A stretch of 60,158 nucleotides of DNA, filler included, from Sphacelaria rigidula (lineage: Eukaryota), in assembly GCA_964200075.2 (NCBI GenBank). It is 8 parts of 8 records of this genome, joined end to end, with 100 filler letters (N's around TTAATTAATTAA, not from the genome) between each part and the next. Parts side by side here need not be neighbours in the genome. Positions count along the whole stretch, not along the records: positions 45,195 to 52,626 come from CAXNAA020014949.1; positions 52,727 to 60,158 come from CAXNAA020014950.1; 6 more parts are not named here. One strand, 5' to 3'. How positions within the stretch are numbered: position 1 is the stretch's first letter; every line of letters starts with the position of its first letter. Under the pieces are notes generated by a model. It made no database searches, was not told where the DNA came from, and was given only the letters and a program-made list of their open reading frames with translations. Shown here in pieces: positions 51,167-60,158 of this stretch. Position numbers and translations under genes: made by a program.

Positions 51167-53660
51167 CTGTGCAAGTTCCTCCGCACTCGCCCCGGGAGAT
51201 GATTGTTCGGGCCAATGCCAATGCTAGGGGTCCGGTTAGCGGATGCGTACTTTACTTCGTGCGGGGGTACACATGCGTTCGCGACCGTTCGAACGGACGC
51301 GCGATCGCGGTGGTCCTGCAATGTTTCCGGCGGCCATGAACATTTCGAGAGAGGATCTGTTCTCACGAGGGCTTGACAAGGCAAGAGTACCGAGACCCTC
51401 GAAAAAGACGGACGGGACCGGGGCGCAGCCCCGGGTCCTCGGGGCCCGTGCGGCTTGTAGTATATATGTCTAACTAAGATTACGTGTGAACGCTCCCGTG
51501 CAAGCGGGCCAATTAGACCTATTCTTAAAATAGTACACTTAAATCACAAACCCCTTCAGCTCTACTTCACTCTGCGACATTTTTCATTTTCGAAAGCTTG
51601 ATGAGATAGTGCAATGTTTTCCCATCATTGTTCACATTCGACGAGGGCGGGATTCGACCTTCGACCCAAGCAGTCAGTGCCTGAAAGTGTTCGCGTAATA
51701 GGCAATACGCGGAGCCCTAATGGTGGGTCTGACACTTTGATTATAAAAAACTATAATACATGCATACACGCGATGAACACAGGTGATACCAGACTGCAGA
51801 ACGATTTCTTGGAGTTCGGTGAATTTTGGTGTCGCAGTTTTTTTGTTTTTTCCTTGTCTTTTTCTGGGTTGTCTATTATTTGGCAATCGCAGCCTTTATT
51901 GTATATGTGCAACACATGGCGTTCAAACGGTAACGCGATTATTATTATGTTTCCTTATACCATAGGCGTCTGAATCGTGTAAGCACGACATTTGCGTGCG
52001 TCATATCGAAATGATTTCAATCAACAACAATGATAGGCGCTGTGTTTGTTGTTGCCTGTTTGCATGCCTTTCCGTGTTCCTGAAATTCGATTTCCTAGCG
52101 TTCGGGGTTCGGTGAATTTAACAGCCGATTTGCCGTGGTTCGGTGAATTTTGGAGCCGGATTTTATCGTCTCTGTCTGTACCGTCTGCATTGCTTTCAAG
52201 CAGTGTCTTGGGTGCGTGTGTGTGTGTTTCGTTCAGGAGGATACAGAAGAGAAGCGGGCAACGTGCAGTGCATACAGCCCAGGACTATCAGTTCTCTCTT
52301 CTTACAATGCGACGTGAAGAGGACTTCAGCAACGTGCAGCTTTGTGCTGCCTGCACTGTCCATGAGCGTGCACGCAACTCGGTTGCGCACCGTACCACGC
52401 AGTCCCGTCGCTGATCCCTACCATGAGAGAAGATGCAAAGTCAAGTTTTCGCCAACGAAAATGAACAAAGCACAACCAACTACTGTACTGCAGTGTCTCT
52501 ATCCCTGGGCTCAACTCGTGCGCTATGCTGCAGGATTGCGGTGGTAGCTGAGAATGAGTTGGATGGAGTATGCATGGTCCTGTGAACAGGTGTTATCTGG
52601 CGTGGGGGTCTGTAAGATAGGAGTCANNNNNNNNNNNNNNNNNNNNNNNNNNNNNNNNNNNNNNNNNNNNTTAATTAATTAANNNNNNNNNNNNNNNNNN
52701 NNNNNNNNNNNNNNNNNNNNNNNNNNCAACTCAGTCTAGGCACTCTCCAATAATACAAAAGACAAAACTATCTATCCTTCGCCACCGGCCACGGAATACA
52801 GAGAAGGTGAAGTCTACGCTGAAACGTACAACATGCCCGATTTACGCGCCTAGAACGTTCTCGAACGAACGGGGCGGAGAGGGACGACGAACGATGTTTT
52901 GATTAAAAATCTGCGAATTCCACTTGTGAGAGCCCAACATACCTTATAGTTCTGTTGAACTGCACTCCGAGCCGATATATCTTGGTTCTTGGTCTCTTTA
53001 CCCACGTCCTTCCATCTGAGATGAGCTGTATAGATATATCATAGATCATCCCCACCTCATCTCACTCCTTGGCATCACCTCCAATCATTCCTCTGTCTGC
53101 CCTGCTCATTTGAGCTCTGTCCCTCAACGCTACCGTTGTAGCTTAACTGGAAGAAATGCCCCTTTTCTATTCGCAGAGAGTGCAAGGGTTCGAATGCCTT
53201 CGTCGGCATTCTATCGTGTACGAGTTGGGCTAGCTGACAGTGGTTTTGAATGTTTCCGGGCCCGGCTGTGGTAATTCGAGGAATCGGGCGCGGAAATATT
53301 GACCCGACATTTTTATTGTCAACACGCGCAACATTCCTAGGGATGCCTTGAAATAAAAAAAAACAGAAAGTTGGAGCGATTCCGAGCTTCAGCGAAAACT
53401 GGGAAAATGCTATAACTCCGTGAACATAAAAAGAAATGCTGCGGCATCCCCAGCAATGTTCTGCGTACTCGCGTGCCGGAGGTCCTGGTAAATTTTCGAC
53501 CAAAAATACCTCAAATTGGGTGCCGCGTTGCACGGTTCGTGGGACACGGCCGCGCCCCTTTGAATTAGGTGAAACAGGAGACTCCAATTATTATGGAGAT
53601 CACGAGTGAGTTCAAATCCCGACAGATTCTCTTTTTTTCGTTCCATCGTTGACGTAATGT

Positions 53661-53867
53661 GTAATGCGTGAGAGGACCGCGTGCTTTGAGGACCGCATCG
53701 CATATTGAACATCCCTATGGTTAGGGTTAGGGTCAGGGTTAGTGTTAGGGTTGGTCAGGGGCGTGGTACCTGCAGGGACTGGCCCGATTGGTTTTGAAAA
53801 ACGTCGATCCTGAGGTGTTTTGAACTACGGTGCGGTCCTCTAAGCGCGCGGTCCTCTCACGCATTAC
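53661..53867. mobile_element. MITE (207 bp) with ~37-bp TIRs and an internal degenerate (TTAGGG)n tract
   Basis: GTAATGCGTGAGAGGACCGCGTGCTTTGAGGACCGCA ... TGCGGTCCTCTAAGCGCGCGGTCCTCTCACGCATTAC, flanked by the direct repeat AATGT. Confidence 0.92.
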
Positions 53868-54428
53868 AATGTCTTATGCAGTACCTTATTTCTATTTTTT
53901 TCTCCATTCAGCGGCGGTCCCGTGCGCCATTACCGGGTTGGTCTCCAGTTCCGAGCGATATACTCGTGTAAGTCGACCTGATTTGGTAAACTCGATAAGT
54001 TATGGTATGACACGCAATTGCGGGGTTTACTGCTGGCGCAGCTCGTACAAATCTTGAGGCTGGCTTTTTCTTTTACCTCACAGAAAAGGGCGTTGGATGG
54101 GGTGGAGAGTCGTAGTATTCGATCCTGATCGACCATGTTGATACCAACAAGAACAGCGTGCAGTTGAAAGTCTGATCGAAATGACATTTCAGAGCGAAGA
54201 ACTACGTGCATGGATAGAATTACTCGACACAGAGTACATCCACTACACAGGTGTCAGGCAGAGTACATCCAGTCCGGTTAAGTGGACAACGAGTTTTCAC
54301 ATATACAAGTTCAAGTACCGTCGTGTCCCGATGTTATACCCGGTACACGATCGAATCGGTCATTTGGGGCGGAGAGCGTCACGTAACGGTAGGGGTGCAC
54401 AAATAATTTTTTAGGTTAGAATTGTTAC

Positions 54429-54625
54429 GAGCCCGTTACCTCATGCAAAACTCGTTTTATGAAAAATTGTGAAAGTACGCCAGGGTTACTACTCCGATGT
54501 GCTGGGGATATCCCGGATGGATTTCCAAACGGGGATGCCCTGATCCATATTCTTGTGCATCTAGAATCGTTGGGAGTCCCTGAATTTCGCGCAAAAAGTG
54601 CACCCCTACCGCGGCATTGCTCGAG
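54429..54625 (+). repeat. ~200-bp direct repeat with ~57913-58125
   Basis: GAGCCCGTTA.CTCAT...TTATGAAA...AGTACGCCAGG...TGCCCTGATCCATATTCTTGTGCATCTAGAATC...GCAAAAAGTGCA.CCCTACCG is present in both. Confidence 0.85.
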
Positions 54626-56683
54626 AACTGGGCTCCAATTTCGATGGCGATGGTTATTGTACTGATTTCCGCCGTGTGAAGAGTATGGACGCGGTATGAA
54701 TGACCCTCAAAAGGCGCTGAATATACAGTATATCGAGCCCCCACACTTACGTACTGATCACGTACATAAAAAAACGGTAGCATTACAACCAGACTCGTCT
54801 CACACGAAAACACTATCGACTAGGTTTCTGCTCAAGAAGACTCGATATTCGCGCAACATGTGCACGAAACGTGCTAATCAGAAATGACCCTGAAATAGCC
54901 TGACCGAAATGGGATCGGGGCCCCGAGTCTACGTGATATTATCATATTTGTCGACGACTTTACAGTTTGTTTGGATGTTTCATCAGCGCGCCTTCCTAAT
55001 ATTCACAACGAGCGTTGAATACCCCCAGTCGCGTGTTGATCGCTCCTGCGATCCCGTCACGGCGTTCCGTTTCAATTCACAGTATCATAACTGGGCCCGA
55101 TTTGTGATGTCATAATGCTTTACATGCTGCTATTGATGAGAAGGCACGATATTCCTTATTTAAACGTTATGAACCACCACCGCAGCAAACTCGGGGACCT
55201 CGACTGCTCTAGTACTGTCTACGATACCACGCATATCGCCCGCAACCAGTACAGCTTCCACAACTCGACCTTGAACTACAGGCGTGCCACCACCGATGGA
55301 CTGATAATCGCCACGGGATGCATGAGGAACGAGTCTGGCAGTAGTGCCGGTGGACTGGCGACCCCCACGCGATAGGTAGGGATAGGTCGAGTTTCGCCAG
55401 AATCCCACTTCCACAGTACACAATACAGAACAAATCAAAGCAGCGCAATATACCACGGCACTGATTGGAAGCACCATCAACAGCATCAGTAGACAGCCAT
55501 TGCAACTATCGCCTTGGACCATGTTACGGAAAGCAGAGCACACAAGCGCACGCCACGCGCACACAGTGATCTGCTCCCTCCCGATCGCTGCCCTTGTATT
55601 ACCCCTACAGTCCTGACTGTGGCGATATATTTACATCAAAATGACGAAACAATTTGCAGCGGGCGCAAGCGGGCACCACACTTATGTTCCGTGATCGTGA
55701 TGTGCATGAACGGTCGCTAGCGAGCGCTTTATCTTCAAGGCCCCTCCAGATCGCCGTGAGAAGTCAGCTCCTGTAGTTTATTCTTCCCTGAGTGTGAGGG
55801 GAACACGCAATTTATACATGTTGTGATGAATCAGAGTGGAAAGTCGCAAAAACATGCAGCTAACAGAGAACAGCCACTACTACTCTATAGAGGTATCTCA
55901 AACTCGAGATTTCCGGTAAATTTCAGAGTCAATGTACGGTGAAATATATCGGGGACTTAGAGTTTGAGATATCTCTTATGAACGCGCATTCTAGGTAGTA
56001 TTCCCCAATTTTCCCCTTTTTCGCGTTTGACGGTTTCACGTGGCGCCATGTAGGAATCGCACCCTGAAAGCGAAGTACGGTACCTTGCTCAATGAATGGT
56101 GGGTTGTGGTGCTGGTGCTATTTTCTCCTCGTATGGCTGTCGGATCTCGACAGCGCACCTAGTCAGGTGCTGCGACACGCGTGGTACGCCCGCCAGCCGT
56201 ACCCCCCTTTGCTTATAGGCATGCTGGCGCTACTACACCATGTCCTCAGCCATCAGCTGTACTAACAGCAACTCTGACCACACCCTTCACGCGCGCGATG
56301 GAAGACCTGAGACAATCCCCACGTTCCCCAAACTTGGAAAATGACGATTACTGCCAAGCGCTTGCGGTAAGCGAAACCGTCAACACTCAAAAACACGGGA
56401 TCCAGACGTGGTATCAAGATAGACATATCCAAGGTGTGAACACAGCTGAAACAATCGCTAAAGGGAACTCGAGAAAGCGAGAAGATCACAAAGTATACAG
56501 CAAAAGGGGATAAACTATTGAACGAGAAAAGAGAAGATGATTGACCGCTCCCGATTTGTGATCGTATTTGATGGATGAAAACGAAAAACAAATACTCCGG
56601 AGTGAAGAGGAAGCAAGAAGTGGTCAGCCCCTGCAGAATGGCTTCAGGTGATAGTTCCATGCTGGGGAAAAAGTCGGAATGGT

Positions 56684-56888
56684 GTAATGCGTGAGAGGAC
56701 CGCGTGCTTAGAGGACCGCATCGGAATTTGAACACCCCTATGGTTGGGGTTAGGGTTAGTGTTAGTCTTGGGGTTAGGGTCAGGGGCGCGGTACTTGCAG
56801 GGATTGACCCGATTGGTTTTAAAAAACGTCGATCCTGAGGTTGAACTACGGCGCGGTCCTCTAAGCACGCGGTCCTCTCACGCATTAC
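56684..56888. mobile_element. Second copy of the TTAGGG-carrying MITE (205 bp)
   Basis: Near-perfect TIRs GTAATGCGTGAGAGGACCGCGTGCTTAGAGGACCGC, flanked by the direct repeat AATGGT. Confidence 0.92.
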
Positions 56889-58731
56889 AATGGTACAACA
56901 AAGCGCTGTTGCACACACACGACACCCACCTGCGGACCGAGACCAGGATCCTAAGTTTACCAGAATTACATAATTCTTGTAACCTATGGTGACGGCCAAG
57001 GTCTACGTACAGTACTCATCAGAGGTATTATAGGTGTGGACAGTCTGAAAAGGTTCCCCGGAATAGCTTGGTCCCTCGAGGTGGAAATAGGCCTGTGTGT
57101 GCTATCGGCTTTTCACTCTGCATCTACTTCATTCGCCTCGCACCTACGCACTTCGCCGCTATTAGTAGCTTTCAGGGTGCAGAACACCACAAACGACACC
57201 GTTTCTTCTCATACCTTTTCGGCGCACGTTGCTTCGGCTCGCGCATTTGAAGGTTGGCGCGTCGTAGTTCTACGGTAATTTTAGACACACCGACAAGTTG
57301 CCCCTTGAGTGCTGTTGTGCCGCAAGTGCGGACGTAGCCACAGTAGTAGGAGGATTACGCACACCTACGGCGGTTCAGCCGGCATATGCTAGCTATGGAG
57401 GCGGCGTGTCGTCTCACACTACTGTTTTGTAGTTACTATGCCGAGGAACTGCAGTGTTGAGCGGTCTTTCTCGTCGCCTTGAAGCAATGACAGCGACCTT
57501 CCCTATTCGGAGAGCCTTCACGCCGTGAACAGTACGTATCACTTAGTTGAATGGTGCAGTCTCGTCCTTATCGGCAATTCATACCGTACTGCGCAGGCGT
57601 GTGCCTCAACGACGGTAGAGGCTCTTAATGCATAACGGCTGAATGGCTTTCATCCTTATCGGCGATTCATACCGTACTGCGCAGGCGTGTGCCTCAACGA
57701 CGATAAAGTCTAATATCAGCAAAATGGCTGCGACGGACCATGCATATACAAAACCTCACATATTATGTCATCCCGCTCTGAGACAAGCGCTGTCTGCCAA
57801 CGGTGTCGCGTCACCAACCCGATGATCGACCATGTAGCAGAGAGTATGCTTCCCTGGCCGAAGGATGCTACGGCAGGGATGCAGAGATATTCTCTGAGGA
57901 TAGAATTGGTATGAGCCCGTTATCTCATCCTAAACCCGACTTATGAAATATGTGAGAGTACGCCAGGATCACTATTACAATGTGCTAGGCATGTCCCAAA
58001 TGAATTTGAATTTGCAAAGGGCGGGGGTGCCCTGATCCATATTCTTGTGCATCTAGAATCTTTAGGAGCCCCTGAACCAGACAATATTTCGGGCAAAAAG
58101 TGCAACCCTACCGTAGCATTGCTTGACCGGTAGCTCGAATATTGTAACAAGTACGCGCGTTGAATGCAGTTTGATAATCGACGTACACGGCTGTTCGGGT
58201 TCCCTTCTTTTTTTCGTCTGACTGTGCTCTACTTCAGAGTGTTCATGATAGCGGCTGTAGTATCGACTGATTTGCGTAGAACATCTGATTGGACGGTTTG
58301 AATAACGGAACTGTCTATCCATAAGTTGCTGAGCTGCCACACAATTGAGAATTGCGAGGAACGTTTGCGGTCCTTTCTGTAGCTTATGTAGGAGTACTAT
58401 TTGTGGATACTGCATTAGTCCGAGCATGGTATTTGTGGTGCAGGGAACAAGCCGAGGATTTGCGGTACGTGAGGAAATGCGTTGGTCCGAGTTCCGTTGC
58501 TGAAACCATGTGGTTTCTAGAGTTTCTGGGATGTAGATGACGCGAGCTCGCCTACCATGCCCACTCCACTTTCCCGACCCGTCTCTCAGGACCAAGTTCT
58601 CAATAATACAATAATTTTTGTCCAGGAATCACGAGTTTACCAACACGCTATAGCGCATCAGTCGATTGCTGGTTCGTTCCCCTGGACTGTGCATGAGACT
58701 GTCGAGGGAGGCTTGATTAACCTGCCTCATC

Positions 58732-60010
58732 ATGGCTGAACTGGGGAACAAGCATCCTGCGGTTGACCCAGCTGAGGGTGGATCGCAGGAAGTTAGTGAG
58801 ATAATTTTTTCCATAGAGACACAGTTGTCTCAACTTATGACTCTAGTATCGACGCTAGTTGAGCAACAGGGAGGGAAAGTGGAGTCCTCTGGTTTTGTAG
58901 CTGCCGCGCCGGGAGGTGGCGGGCCAGAGAGTAGTATGTATCTTTCTGTTGATGCTACTGGTAGGACCGCGGGAGGTACGGGCGGCGATGCCCAAGGCTT
59001 AGGCGTGTCCAGCATGTGGGTTGGAAGTAGCAGTCTTGCAGACTCAGGCTTGAATCCTCATGTATCTACTGTAATTCGGTACTGGTGGGACCGCGGGAGG
59101 TATGGGCGGCGATGCCCAAGGCTTAGGCGTGTGCAGCTTGCTGGTTGGGAGTAGCGGTCTTGCAGACTCGGGCTTGAACCCTCATGTATCTGCTTCGAAT
59201 CGTTTCTCTGTTGCTGCAGTAAACTTTGGTTTGATCGGGACTGTAGGTGGGGCTTTAGATCAGTCCTCTGTTCCGCCCGCTCCTTCTCTGTCGAGTAAGT
59301 GGTGGGAAAACGTCACCAGTGGAAACACTCTGACTCCTGGGGCTGACATTTCTGACACAGGAGAGAAGTTGGGTAGGGGTCCTTTGAAAGTTCCCAAAGC
59401 TGCTGTTTTTGATGGTATGACGTGTCGTATCCTTCATGGTCTCACAGCTTTCTGTTGAGTACCCGACACAACAATCTGTATGAGGCGTTTGTTTCTGAAG
59501 CTGAGATTCCGATTGCAGACGTTGATTTCGACGTACCAACATGATACTGTTGTTGAAATTTTATTCAGCCAGTAATCTAGCTGCATGTTTCGTTCTGGGT
59601 TTTGACTGTAGCATATTAGCGGTGCAATATATTCCGGTTTATAAAGGGCCCCAGCAATGATCCTGGGTGTAGTACCGTTTCATGTGGATCCTTAATGGTA
59701 GATATCTTCCAAGCTGAGCCGCGTAAGCTCGTAGGATACGACAGTGTGCTCCTATTGCTTACGAGTAGCGTACTGTACTCTCATAGGTGGAAGAGAAACT
59801 GAAGTCGCTACGCATGCGAGAATCCCGCAACCTTCTTTGCATCCACGAGAGAGACGCTTGGTGTTCTACAAATGCTTGAAGTCAAGAAAGATGACAGAGA
59901 CGTGCCCAACCTGATGCTTGAGGGACTGTCGCACGAGTACAAGACTTTGCGTGAAACTCTTGTGGTGCTCTGTCCGCATGGCCTATCATTCATAGAGAGA
60001 AGGATCACTT
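58732..60010 (+). mobile_element. Degraded Ty1/Copia-type gag region
   Basis: Starts MAELGNKHPAVD..IETQLSQLMTLV, then KVPKAAVFDG. At ~59810-60010 it reads ENPATFFASTRETLGVLQMLEVKKDDRDVPNLMLEGLSHEYKTLRETL, typical of the Copia gag (UBN2-like) L.GL..EY motif. Many stops and frameshifts, and an internal ~120-bp tandem duplication at 58960-59190. Confidence 0.65.
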
Positions 60011-60158
60011 GAGGAAGGACTGCCTGGCTCGCGTGATTGTTAATCTTACCCAGACCGGAAAATCCGAGGATGCCGGGGATTAGAACGGTAGAGGGAAATG
60101 TACCAATTAAGATACGCTTAAGGCACCTGGCGGGAAAAACTCTATATCTTGGGACCCA

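Larger units (their letters stand above)
48600..51461 (+). mobile_element. Head-to-tail Helitron-like units; the last unit is split by a 2.2-kb TIR insertion
   Basis: The 3' end module (TTCTCAC..G.G.TTG.CA.GGC.AGA.TACCG.GACCCTC...GGGACCGGGGCG) occurs at ~48610, ~48785 and ~51360. It ends in a GC-rich hairpin GGACCGGGGCGCAGCCCCGGGTCC followed by CTTGTAG|T. Units start with TATATATA. No TIRs. Confidence 0.55.

Noticed and set aside
7434-52726. Periodic TTAATTAATTAA motif every ~7.5 kb, and any cross-segment gene neighbourhood
   Set aside because: It is an artificial linker embedded in N-runs, and the segments are unrelated contigs.
53719-53760. True telomere or chromosome end
   Set aside because: The tract is short, degenerate and enclosed by TIRs in the middle of a contig.
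55186-55375. Possible exon KLGDLDCSSTVYDTTHIARNQYSFHNSTLNYR...
   Set aside because: There is some codon bias and an acceptor-like CAG, but no recognisable motif, clear donor or partner exon.
57566-57702. 49-bp direct duplication; also triple AACACTGTTCTTCACACCGGGAGTC at 47673-47915 and a faint 18-bp periodicity at 1230-1390
   Set aside because: These are ordinary local duplications or decayed minisatellites with too few units to support a function.

Overview
This window is eukaryotic, most likely a brown alga or related photosynthetic stramenopile (inferred from long GT-AG introns, short GC3-rich exons, a CYP74-clan exon and the repeat landscape). It is not one locus. Eight unrelated ~7,432-bp contigs are joined by artificial 100-bp spacers (N-run, TTAATTAATTAA, N-run), so no neighbourhood inference can cross a spacer, and most of the six-frame ORF track is noise. 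Host gene pieces recovered by reading splice sites: a CYP74-clan P450 exon; a complete two-exon, 67-aa COX4-like gene; two exons of a Cdc15/MAP3K-epsilon-like kinase with a 463-aa low-complexity N-terminus; the first exon of a type II membrane, possibly sulfotransferase-like, protein; and exons of two unknown genes. Mobile DNA dominates. It includes nested Ty3/Gypsy elements (one chromodomain-bearing, with a solo LTR inside it), a decayed Ty1/Copia gag, several non-autonomous TIR families (one carrying TTAGGG repeats, one carrying a palindromic TATCGCGATA array), Helitron-like units, long foldback elements and tRNA-derived heads. There is also a ~150-bp organellar LSU rRNA insertion. I found no CRISPR array and no prokaryote-type multi-gene system. 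The most promising items are the minimal COX4-like gene, the TTAGGG-carrying MITE with a shared target motif, the palindrome-array TIR element and the CYP74-clan exon. All homology calls come from motif recognition, not database searches.
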